Assembly: GCA_002158475.1 (NCBI GenBank)
Contig: KZ155780.1
Coordinates: 519,092-551,091 of the forward strand
Origin: Ostreococcus tauri
Taxonomy: Eukaryota
Length of the DNA: 32,000 nt
Reading direction: 5' to 3'
The notes beneath the pieces were generated by a model. The model did no database searches. It saw only the letters and a program-made list of their open reading frames with translations, and had not been told where the DNA came from. The translations under genes and the position numbers were made by a program. Shown piece by piece: positions 21,360 through 30,527 of this stretch (position 1 is the first letter of the stretch; each line of letters begins with the position of its first letter).

Positions 21360-23025
21360 ATGCGCGCCGCGCGATTGACCCCGACCTCGCTCGCGCGTCA
21401 AGCGAACGCACACACATCGAAAGCGCGTGCGCGCGTCATGCCAGCGCCCAAGCGTGCGCGCGCGAGCGGTGAAAGGGCTGTTGACAGAGTGAATAAATTT
21501 CGTGCCGGTCCAAACAATGGTGTCGACGTCGCGTCGTCCGCTTCGCGTCCTCCTCGCGCAGGCGAGGTAGTGACCACGGAGACGTTTCGCGTCAAGGGAT
21601 TGCACCTGAGCGATCATTACCTCACGGTGCGACAGTCGTTGACTTCGCGCGAAGGACGAGGACTGACGGAGACGCGACTCGCCGCAGGCACCGCTGGCGC
21701 ACGATGCGGACGACGAGCACACGATCCGAGTGTTCTTTCGTGAGGTGGTGAGCGCGCAGAGAGGGAACGCGAGCGCGGCGGAGCGCGTGGGGTTACCGTG
21801 CGTGTTATTCTTGCAGGGCGGACCCGGGTTCGAGTGCGGGAGGCCGACCGAGGCGAGCGGTTGGTTGGGAGAGCTTACGAAGGATCATCGCGTGTTTCTC
21901 ATGGATCAGCGCGGAACTGGGAAGAGTAACGCGGAGATTCTTCGGCCGACGCGTTCTTCCGAGGATGAGTTGGAGCGTCCGACTCTGATTGTTGCCGGTA
22001 CCGACGGCTTCGACGCGGCAGAACAATGGGTCCACTTGTTAAAGTGCTTCAGGGCGGACTCGATCGTTCGAGACGCCGAGTTGTTCCGCAAGACGTTTCT
22101 CGGTGAAAACACGAAGTGGACGTTATTGGGTCAGAGTTTTGGTGGGTTTTGCATCACGACGTATCTGTCGTTTCATCCAGAAGGTGTGAAAGAGGCACTC
22201 CTCACCGGCGGTCTACCTCCTCTGATCGATGCGGACGCGCCGGCGTTCGAGGCGTATCTTAGGCTGATGAGGCGCGTGAAGACGCAAAACGAAAAATTTC
22301 GGAAGCGGTTCCCTGCGGACGTGAAACGAATCGAGTATTTGCATGAGCACATAAGAAACGCGAGCACTTCGTTGCCTGGCGGAGGTCAACTTACGCACAC
22401 GCATGTGCAAGCCCTTGGCTTCGCGAATCTCGGCACCGCTCAGGGAATGGAACGCCTGCACTACATTCTCGAACACGTCGAACCTGAGTCCACATTCGAG
22501 AAGCCCCTGACTCACAAGTTTCTCATAGAGGTCGAAAACGCCTTTCGACACTTTGAGACGAATCCATTGTACGCCATCCTTCATGAGAGCATTTACTGTA
22601 ACGGTGCGAACGCTTACGGCGCTGCGGATAAAGCATATGGACGGGGCGATTGGGCAGGCAGCGCAGATGAGTCGTACCCTGATATAGGTTATTTCACGGG
22701 CGAGATGGTGTTCGATGACTTCTTCAATGACATTCCGTCACTCGTGAAATACCGAGAGATTCGCGGAGCTCTGTTGCTACATGAGCACTGGCCCAAGTTG
22801 TACGACACGAATGCTTTATCCAAGAACACGGTCCCGGTCGCGTGTGCCAGTTACGTGGAAGACATGTTCGTCGATTTCGATTTAGCCGCCGAAACTGCCG
22901 CCAAGATTAACGGCGCTCGCGTGTGGGCGACGTCCGAGTACATGCACTCCGGTATCCGTGAGGACGGCGAGCGCATCGTCCGAAAGCTCCTCTCCTTCGT
23001 CCGCGACGAGGACCCGATTCGTTAA
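21360..23025 (+). CDS. Peptidase S33 prolyl aminopeptidase-type alpha/beta hydrolase (two exons: 21360..21626 and 21688..23025)
   Basis: Exon 2 carries LFLQGGPGFE, the HRVFLMDQRGTGKS oxyanion region and the nucleophile elbow LLGQSFGGFCITTYL. The track ORF for exon 2 starts at GTG 21730. Exon 1 (ATG 21360) ends ...TFRVKGLHLSDHYLT. Splicing out 61 nt joins it in frame to APLAHDADDEHTIRVFFREVV, reproducing the family N-terminal pattern (DH.F.VPLD...I.VFAREV). The stop is TAA 23023..23025. Confidence 0.8.
21627..21687 (+). other. Spliceosomal intron (61 nt) in the prolyl aminopeptidase gene
   Basis: The intron reads GTGCGACAG...GGACTGACGG...CGCCGCAG. The donor is at 21627, a CTGAC branch-type motif lies at 21663..21667 about 20 nt upstream of the AG at 21686..21687, and the intron is phase 0. 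Removing it restores the frame and the conserved N-terminal motif. Confidence 0.7.
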
Positions 23026-23119
23026 TCTTTTACATGTAAATTCGCGCTATTTGATCTAAAAACAACCCTCGCCGGCCTTCCGCCTTCCGCCTCGCTCGTC
23101 GCTCTCCGTCCGTCGTCTC

Positions 23120-23305
23120 CTACCGTCGCGCGCGCACTCCCTCACCGCCGCCCCCCTCCGCACGCTTCGCCCGTTCGCTCGCCTCGGCGTAGTGCATGAA
23201 ACCCTTCGCCGCCGTCGCGACGAACCACCCGCCAGCGACGACCGTGGTGGCGAACAATCCGAACGTCGTCGCTCGAAAGGCGACGTCGACGAGCGAGCGG
23301 GACAT
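23120..23305 (-). CDS. Small hypothetical single-pass membrane protein (61 aa from the first ATG)
   Basis: ATG at 23305 and TAG at 23122..23120. The product is MSRSLVDVAFRATTFGLFATTVVAGGWFVATAAKGFMHYAEASERAKRAEGGGGEGVRARR, encoded with G/C-ending codons. The same frame stays open upstream (the track start 23518 is TTG) and there encodes a transit-peptide-like sequence with no ATG. Confidence 0.3.
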   Translation of the reverse strand: MSRSLVDVAFRATTFGLFATTVVAGGWFVATAAKGFMHYAEASERAKRAEGGGGEGVRARR

Positions 23306-23562
23306 CCTTCGCCCCGTCGCGTCGCGTCCTCCGTCGAAAGCGCTCGAGAGGGGCGCGGATGCGGTGGATGACGCGTGCGTCGCGACGAGACGAACGCGAG
23401 CGCGGCGCGCGTCGTCGTCGTGGAGTGAGGCGTTGGGAGTGAACGCGTGACCGAGTCGCGGAGCGGTGCAACGGAACGTGGGCGATGACAAAGCACCGCG
23501 CGGTGGAACTAATCGCAAAACGACGCGAGCGCGAAGGATCGCGTGACTAATTTCAACGGATT

Positions 23563-25443
23563 TTACCAGGCGTCGTCGTCGGATCCATCGCCCCAGGCGT
23601 CGTCGGCGACGCCGGCGGCGGGCGCGGCGGCGCCCGGTGCGGCGACGGGCGCGCTTACCATCATGTGCTTGAACTTGTCCTCGACGGTGATGGTGACCCC
23701 GCCCTCGGTCTCGACGACGGCAGCCTCGTGCTGCTTGCCCTCGCGCCAGGCCCTGGCCTCCTCGCGTTCCTTGGCGCGAGCCTCGCGACCGGTGGCAAAG
23801 GCGAAAGCGTTGCCAGCCTCGAGCTCCATCAGCGCGCGCTTGATTTGAGCCACGATGAACGAGTCACGGTCGGTGTAGAAGGATGTCGATCGCCCAGACA
23901 TACCGGCGCGACCGGTACGACCGATGCGGTGGACGTAGTCTTCAAAGTTACGCGGTAAATCGAGGTTGACGACGTGGGCGACGCCCTTCACATCCAAACC
24001 GCGAGCGGCAACATCGGTGGCGACGAGCACGGAGCATCGACCCGTTTTGTAATCGTGAAGTGCCGCCTCACGCTCACCCTGCGAGCGACCGCCGTGAAGC
24101 GCAGCGGCGGACACATTCTCCGCGTTCAGGAGCTCGGCGATCTCGTCAGCGCGGTGCTTACGCTCAACGAACACCACAGTCATGGGCATGCTGTGGCCGA
24201 GCTTCTGCGCCTCGCGCTGCTCACTTATCAGCATGGTGACGAGTCTATCCACCTTTTCGGCGTCCACAACCTTTTCGAGTTGCTGGGACACATTTGCCGT
24301 GGGAGCGCTCGTTTGGCCCACCTTCACCTTGACAGGCTTATTCAGGTAGTCAGCGGCCAAAGCCTCGACTTCGACTGGCATCGTCGCCGAGAATAGAAGC
24401 GTTTGATGCGGCTTGGGCAAGTTCATCAGTACCTCGCGGATCTGCGGCTCGAAACCCATGTCGAGCATGCGATCGGCTTCGTCGAGGACGACAAAGGACA
24501 CTCGGGCTAGGTTTGTATTCCCTTGCTGCAAGTGATCGATCAAGCGACCCGGGGTGGCGACGACGATCTGCACTCCGCCTCGCAACATGCTTCGTTGCTC
24601 GCTCATGTTCGTCCCACCGACGATAATGGCCGTTCTAAACCCCCTGGAGCTTCGCGTGAACGTCTTCGCCTCCGTCTCGATTTGCTGCGCCAACTCCCGC
24701 GTCGGCGCCATCACGATCGCGAACGGCCCGTCCCCTTGCCTCAGCGGCGCTTGATTCAGCGCGTGTTGAATCATCGGAATCGAAAACGCCGCCGTCTTAC
24801 CGCTCCCCGTCTCCGCGCACCCCAAGACGTCCCGACCGCTCAGGATCACCGGAATCGCCTGCGCCTGAATCGGCGACGGCTTATCGTACTCCCTGAACTT
24901 AATGTCCGCCAGAATATCCCTCTTCAACTCCATGTCCTCGAAAGATTCGATCGCGCTCGGCGCCTCCGGCTCGCCGTCCTCGACGTCCACGGTCACCCCC
25001 AAGCGTTCGCGAATCTCCGTCGCCTGCGCCGTCGTGAGCGCCTCCGCCCGGGCGCTCGGTCGCCACGCCGCGAACACCGGCGCGTGCGCCCCACCGCGTG
25101 CCGCCCCACCGCCGCGTCCATCGCCGCGCGCGGCGTCGCGGTCGTCGAGCCGTCGACCCGGCGGCGGCCCTCGGTCGTCCCGATACCCACTCCCGCGTCC
25201 GTGGTCTCGCCCGTCGCCCGCGCTCGCGTTCGCGTGCGCGTCGCCGCCGCCTCGCAGGTGCGGGGGCACGTATCCCATCGCGCGTCCGCGCGCGCGCGTG
25301 CGACGCGGGCGCGTCGTCGAGGCGCGATCGCGGTCGCGGGCCTGCGCGTGGACGTGTGCCATGGCAGACTGTTCGCCCACACGGGGTGGTGGCGTCCACG
25401 CGACGCGCGCCGACCGTGCGTACATTGATTGAAATAGAGCCAT
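23563..25443 (-). CDS. DEAD-box ATP-dependent RNA helicase with an Arg/Gly-rich N-terminus
   Basis: The motifs are Q motif SPIQAQAIP, I AETGSGKT, Ia PTRELA, II DEAD (VVLDEADRMLDMGFEPQI), III SAT and VI HRIGRTGRAG. ATG at 25443 and TAA at 23565..23563. An alternative start ATG 25278 (MGYVPPHLRGGG) is typical of this family. Confidence 0.9.
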   Translation of the reverse strand: MALFQSMYARSARVAWTPPPRVGEQSAMAHVHAQARDRDRASTTRPRRTRARGRAMGYVPPHLRGGGDAHANASAGDGRDHGRGSGYRDDRGPPPGRRLDDRDAARGDGRGGGAARGGAHAPVFAAWRPSARAEALTTAQATEIRERLGVTVDVEDGEPEAPSAIESFEDMELKRDILADIKFREYDKPSPIQAQAIPVILSGRDVLGCAETGSGKTAAFSIPMIQHALNQAPLRQGDGPFAIVMAPTRELAQQIETEAKTFTRSSRGFRTAIIVGGTNMSEQRSMLRGGVQIVVATPGRLIDHLQQGNTNLARVSFVVLDEADRMLDMGFEPQIREVLMNLPKPHQTLLFSATMPVEVEALAADYLNKPVKVKVGQTSAPTANVSQQLEKVVDAEKVDRLVTMLISEQREAQKLGHSMPMTVVFVERKHRADEIAELLNAENVSAAALHGGRSQGEREAALHDYKTGRCSVLVATDVAARGLDVKGVAHVVNLDLPRNFEDYVHRIGRTGRAGMSGRSTSFYTDRDSFIVAQIKRALMELEAGNAFAFATGREARAKEREEARAWREGKQHEAAVVETEGGVTITVEDKFKHMMVSAPVAAPGAAAPAAGVADDAWGDGSDDDAW

Positions 25444-25949
25444 GACGTATCACATCGACGCCACCGCCCGCGACGCCCACGACGCGCGCGCGCGACGCGA
25501 TCGATCCGTCTCTGTACGACGCGCGCACGATGGCCAAGGGCGAGCCGACGAGGTGCGTCGACGCGACGCGCGGTCGACGCGACGGCGCGGACGGTCGACG
25601 CGGCGCGCGCGTGGGTGGGCGGGCGCGCTGGCGGGGCGCGGGATCGTCATCGTTTGGGGTTTCGACGACGGGGCGCGGTGGAGACGGACGAGGGATTCGC
25701 GATCGCGATGGACGCGCGCGCGATGGACGAGGTCGGGGATGTATCGATGGTTTACGTGCCGGCGACTGGTGCGCGCGCGTGGGCGGAGACGAGGGATGCG
25801 CGCGGTGTGATTGGGACGAAGGATGCGCGCGCGTGAGACCCTAAAGCGCATCGACGGGCGGACTCGAGGGAGGAGGTCTCGGCGACGCGCGCGGCGATCG
25901 GTGGACGTGATGCGTCGGTCGATGGAAGGGATCATATTACGTGCGACGG

Positions 25950-26309
25950 ATGACTCGAACGCGACGACTGACGAACGCGCTTCGACTGTTAAAAACACGC
26001 AGACTGTACGTGCGCGGGTTGATTTTGGGTTACAAGCGCGCGCGCACGAACCAATACAACCACACGTCGTTGATCAAGCTGGAGGGCGTCAGCGATGCTC
26101 CGTCTACCACGTTCTACGCGGGTAAGAAGCTGTGCTACGTGTACAAGGCGAAGACGAAGAAGCAGGGGACGGCGTTCCGAACGATCTGGGGCAAGGTGAC
26201 TCGGGCGCACGGGCCGAGCGGCGTCGTGCGGGCCAAGTTCAAGAAGCACTTGCCGTCCAACTCGATCGGCGGTAAGGTGCGATGCATGCTTTACCCGTCC
26301 AACATCTAA
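25950..26309 (+). CDS. RPL35A: 60S ribosomal protein eL33 (RPL35A)
   Basis: [30 protein letters not shown]...[17 protein letters not shown]...[44 protein letters not shown] is collinear with eukaryotic eL33. The track start 25941 is GTG and the first ATG is 25950. The resulting N-terminal extension ([17 protein letters not shown]) is longer than usual, so the start is less certain. The stop is TAA 26307..26309. Confidence 0.85.
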   Translation: MTRTRRLTNALRLLKTRRLYVRGLILGYKRARTNQYNHTSLIKLEGVSDAPSTTFYAGKKLCYVYKAKTKKQGTAFRTIWGKVTRAHGPSGVVRAKFKKHLPSNSIGGKVRCMLYPSNI

Positions 26310-26493
26310 ATGTTAGGAAGTCTAAGCGTTAGCAGTTGCGACGTGGACGCCGTGGGAGACGCTAGAGTCGACCGAGGCCGTTTGAGGAGGTAGACACCTG
26401 AATGTGATGAAAATTTTTCACGTTCACACTAAAACTACTTCGTTCGCCCATCGATCGACGTCGCGAACGCTAATGCGTGCGCTGCCTAATATT

Positions 26494-27432
26494 CTAATAC
26501 GTCCCTCGAAACGCGTGCCACGCGATCGCGCCCTGAGTCGCGAGCGGCGCGCCGCCCTTGGCGACGGTTTCGTCGAAGACATCAAAGTCTCGCGCCTCGA
26601 GCGCGTCCAGGTACCGTCCAACCGTCACCGCTTGTAAGAAGAACGGCTTGGCCTCCTTCGGAACTCGTTCCGCCATCGCGCGAGCGCTGTCTAAGTGCGC
26701 CTTCGCCGCGCACGCCACCTCGTGCGCCGCGCTTCGCACGCCCTCGCTCGGTTCCATGCGATAGACGCTCTCCGTGCTCACGCCGTGGCGCGCGCAGACG
26801 TCAATCGGAAGGTAACATCGCCTCTGACGCGAGTGCGCCGTCGTCCCGCGCAGTAACGCACTCAATCCAATCGCCTTCCCGAGATGACTGGCCGCGTGAT
26901 CCGCGTCCGTGTTCCTGATCCCGCACGCGTCCAACGCGAGCGTCATCGCGCTCCCGTGTGCGTCGCTCGCGTACCGTTCCAAATCAATAATCTCCCTCGG
27001 TGGCCCATCCTCCCTCGCGTCTCGAATCCTCGCCTCAACCATCCTCTTTAACCACGTCCGCGCCCGCGCGCTCGGCTCCGGCCCGAGCGTCGCCGCGACC
27101 GCCCGCGCGACTGGATGCGCCGGCGTCCCGCCCGGTCCTTCGTCGTCGCCCACCAACGCGTCGCTCCACCACATCAGCCGCGCCACCGCCGCGTCGCTCG
27201 AAGATGCCGATCCCACAATGGACCCTGTCTCGCAATTCAGCGCTCTGATGGCGAACGCGGTCGGGGCGAGCGCGCGAGGGAGAGCCAAAGTGCAGAGATA
27301 GGTTTCGTAATCTCTCGCTCGAACCACCTCGACGCAGTGGCGCAGCGCGGCTCTGAGATCATCGACGGCGTCTACGGCGTATGTTCGTACCGTGGAAGCG
27401 ACGGCGAGGCGTCGGACGGTGGTCGCGGACAT
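26494..27432 (-). CDS. NDUFAF6: NDUFAF6-like complex I assembly factor (squalene/phytoene synthase fold)
   Basis: ATG at 27432 (the track start 27471 is TTG) and TAG at 26496..26494. HCVEVVRARDYETYLCTLALP, FAIRALNCE, DLERYASDAHGSAMTLALDACGI, DADHAASHLGKAIGLSALLRGT, RRCYLPIDVCARHGVS, FFLQAV and the C-terminal ...AFRGTY are collinear with animal NDUFAF6 as I remember it. Confidence 0.8.
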   Translation of the reverse strand: MSATTVRRLAVASTVRTYAVDAVDDLRAALRHCVEVVRARDYETYLCTLALPRALAPTAFAIRALNCETGSIVGSASSSDAAVARLMWWSDALVGDDEGPGGTPAHPVARAVAATLGPEPSARARTWLKRMVEARIRDAREDGPPREIIDLERYASDAHGSAMTLALDACGIRNTDADHAASHLGKAIGLSALLRGTTAHSRQRRCYLPIDVCARHGVSTESVYRMEPSEGVRSAAHEVACAAKAHLDSARAMAERVPKEAKPFFLQAVTVGRYLDALEARDFDVFDETVAKGGAPLATQGAIAWHAFRGTY

Positions 27433-27554
27433 GACGAGATGTGCGGTGCGTACGGGAGAACTTGCGCTCAACTGTCATCGTGCGCGACGCGACGAGAGAC
27501 AGTGCGAATCGCGAAAGGGGGGGGCTTCTAATAACAACTCGATGTAAACGCGCG

Positions 27555-30219
27555 CTAATCTTCGTCGTCGATGAGCGAGGCGAGGACGTCGCGAATGGCG
27601 ACGACGTCCGGGTGCTCTGGGCCGAGAATGTTTTGCTGCAGCTCGAGCGCGCGCTGGAGAAGCGGGCGACCGACGCGGTTGTCCTCTCGATCGAGGTGGC
27701 AGATCGCGAGGTCCGTGAGCGTTTGCACTGTTTCGGGATGCTCGACACCGAGAGTGGATTCTTGAATCGCCAGCGCGCGCTCGAACAAAGCCTGAGCTCT
27801 GGCAAAGTTTTCATTCTCGCTGTAAAGCGTGGCAAGGTCGTTCATCGCCGCCGCGACTTCTGCATGCATCTCACCGTGCATTTCGATGCGTCGCGTGATC
27901 TCGCGCTCTAACATCGTCGCATTCGCGGCCAACTCCGGGGGCACATCGTCCCTCGGGCTAGGGGATGGTTCGTTCCAGTCCATGCCTTGATCCGCATGGC
28001 GAGGCGGAGACTTCGGAGTGGCCGAGGGCGTCATGTACGCCGCGACATGCGCCTTGGGGGACTTGCTCTGACTTCGCCCGCGGAGATCGTACGGATCTTC
28101 GTTCTCGTCGATAGCGTTCTCAATGACGTCCCTTATGGCGCTCTTGATTGTACGCGGCAGATATCTTCGAACTCTGTTGCCGACGATGTCCACGCACGCC
28201 AAAACAACCTTCACCGCCATGCTTCGCGCTTCACCGTTGGCGCTATCGAAGCACTTCGTCGCAAACTTCATCACTTGCTCAAGCGCGAACGAATTTTCCT
28301 TCTCCGGCGCGTCCAAACCATACGTCGGAATAAGTTCAACAAGTAACGTCAGCCTTCCTGTGAGCACGCGCCACACGCTGAGCTTCTGCACGGGCTTACA
28401 GAGAGCGTGTGCAAGGATCGAGACCCCACCCGGGGAATCAGACGCGAACGCGTGCATCGCTTCTCTGATACTCTCACGTAATCTGGGATTAGTATCGCCG
28501 AGCTTGTCCACCAAGAGCGAGATTGAGTCTCCCACGGCGTCTCGCACATCACGAGCAGAAACGCGCTGCGCGAACGCCTTCGCCGCGGAAGCGAGCGTAA
28601 TAGCGGCCGCACCGGTGACATTCGCGACCTTATCGTTGAATAATCTATCGCCGAGCGTCTTACACAGCGAGTGAAATGTCTCGCGAGGATCCGACTCGAA
28701 CAATACTGACGACTCAGGACTTTCCCAAGCGTTGATGAGTTGTGCGTTGATGTCCTGCAATGCGCTCTCGCGATGCACCCAAGCCTGGCCGTAGAGCCGA
28801 ACGATGACTTCCTCGCCAAATGCGGCGATGATCGGTGCGGCATTTACTTGCTCGGACGGTGATAGGGGCGTAGGCGATGGGAGTTCGTGATCCTCCTTGT
28901 CCTTGTCCTTCTCAGCTTGCACGATTGCCGCCTTCTCCCCTTCCTCCTCCTCGAAAAACGCTGCCGCCTCGGCTTCGAGCTCGGGAGGCACGCGCCGACC
29001 GATTGCCTTCGCCGGCACCTCGTCGTTGCTCATGCCAGCAACGCTCACGTCGATGACGGAGTCGTTCGATTTTGAAATATCGAGCGGCTGCGGTCGCGAG
29101 CGAGGTACAGACGGTGTGGACGAAGCGTTACTCGCAACGCGCTCTAGCGAATCCGGCGCGCCATCTCGTCCGGCCGAAGAAACATGCGCGTCTTTTGCCA
29201 TCGCACGCATTGTATCGGCGTAATTTGAGCGAATAGGAACGTCGTCAAACGAAAAGGACGGACGAGCTGTTGCTGTGGACGTCGATGGAGGCAGCACTAC
29301 CGCCTCCTCCACGGTGGGCGCACTTGGCGATGGCGCGCGCGCACTCAACGGACGAGGCGACGGCACCACGAAAACTTCTTCGTAACCACTCGATCGCATC
29401 TTGTCGATCTCGATTTTCAGTCGTTTTGCCTCATCATAATCCTCCGCGTCAACGGCTCGCAGCTTTTCCTCTTGCAAAACCTTCACCTTGACGCCAAATT
29501 CTCGAAGCTTGTTGATGACGTCGCGCAAGCGCTTTGCCTCGTCATAATCCTCCGCGTTCACTGCGCGTTCTTTGCGCATCGATACCTCGCGAATCTTCTC
29601 CGCCGTCACCGCGTCCACCTCAGTGTCCACATCGAGCGGATTCACGACTCGGCGTCCTAAGAGTGGTGCTTGCTCACCGTTGACCTCCCGACCTCGCTCG
29701 AACCCGACGCTGGGCTCGCCAACGATCGTCAGCGCCATCAAACCGACCTGGCGTCCATCGTTTCTCGAGTTCTCGTGACACCCCGGGAACTCCAACCGCA
29801 CCTCAGTCGCATCCTTCACGTTGACGTGCACCGTCTTCAGTTCTCTCGCCCGGTACCCGCTCTCCGCGTTACTATCGAACCTCAGCGTCCCCAAACGTTT
29901 CACGACGACCCCACCGGTCTCTCTATCGACGCATACCACGCTCACTCGAGCACTCGACGCGATCTTCGACTCGTGCGAAAGTACTCGTAACTGTCGAATG
30001 TCGCTCGGCGCTCTCAACCGGGCCGAGACTCTGGCTGGGAAACTCGCCGAGCGCGCCGTCTCCCACCCGCGAGATCGAGCACCGTCGCGCACGTGCAGCT
30101 CCGTCGCCGGATGCCCCGCCGCCTGATTGAATAAAATCGTCCTTCACGTCAGTACACGTCGCGCCGAGTGTCAAAGTTTTGATGAAATTTCAAATTCAAT
30201 CGAAATCAAACGAAGTCAT
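27555..30219 (-). CDS. CEP104: CEP104/FAP256-like ciliary protein: N-terminal jelly-roll, paired UVR-like motifs, TOG/HEAT domain and a kinesin-light-chain-type TPR C-terminus (exons 30219..30212 and 30141..27555)
   Basis: The main ORF 27555..30092 has a GTG track start and no ATG. Its frame is open up to a TGA at 30146..30144. GWETARSASFPARVSARLRAPSDIRQLRVLSHESKI...RLGTLRFDSNAESGYRARELKTVHVNV...QVGLMALTIVGEPS parallels the CEP104 N-terminal domain. AVNAEDYDEAKRLRDVINKL and AVDAEDYDEAKRLKIEIDKM are UVR-like motifs. HEAT/TOG-like helices include VDKLGDTNPRLRESIREAMHAFA. The C-terminal TPRs include AAAMNDLATLYSENENFARAQALFERALAIQESTLGVEHPETVQTL. The proposed first exon ATGACTTC plus a 70-nt intron gives MTSTILFNQAAGHPATELHVRDG... 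Confidence 0.7.
30142..30211 (-). other. Proposed 70-nt spliceosomal intron after an 8-nt first coding exon of the CEP104-like gene
   Basis: The minus strand reads GTTTGATTTCGATTGAATTTGAAATTTCATCAAAACTTTGACACTCGGCGCGACGTGTACTGACGTGAAG. It has GT..AG ends and a CTGAC motif near the 3' end. It is AT-richer than the flanks. Removing it puts ATG 30219 in frame with the long ORF. Confidence 0.45.
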
Positions 30220-30527
30220 CACGCGCGCGCGTCACCACGTCTCCGTTTACTTTCGATGACGCACTTCGCTCGACGCATCGACGATATCGTATTCGAGCTC
30301 GCGAGCGGGCGGAGCGTGCGCGTGCGCTCGATCGCGGTCGCGCGTCATGATGTGGAGACGCGAGGGCGCGGTCACAGTCTGTTGACCGCACTGTTCAGTC
30401 AACGCCTCCAAACGGGAGGCGCGTTTGACGGGTGGATGCAATCGGTCGGGATAGACTTTCAGCTCGATCGGCGAGATCAGTGATTGAAATATACAGCGAT
30501 GAATGGGCGATCGGTGCGGGTTTTACA

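Noticed and set aside
25941-26002. Intron-like 62-nt element at the 5' end of RPL35A (GTGCGACGG...GACTGACGAA...CACGCAG), resembling the confirmed-looking intron at 21627
   Set aside because: Splicing it out removes ATG 25950. The frame then required upstream has no ATG between the TGA at 25834 and the donor, and the ATGs at 25910 and 25922 are in the wrong phase. The unspliced ORF from ATG 25950 is the more parsimonious model, although cDNA could overturn this.
26404-26410. C-box-like GTGATGA in the convergent spacer after RPL35A as a possible C/D snoRNA
   Set aside because: I could find no matching D box (CTGA) at an appropriate distance, no terminal stem and no guide-like complementarity.
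16356-27432. Squalene epoxidase and a squalene/phytoene-synthase-fold gene within 10 kb as a possible sterol gene cluster
   Set aside because: The second gene matches NDUFAF6, a mitochondrial complex I assembly factor, rather than squalene synthase. The intervening genes are unrelated housekeeping genes, so there is no functional cluster.
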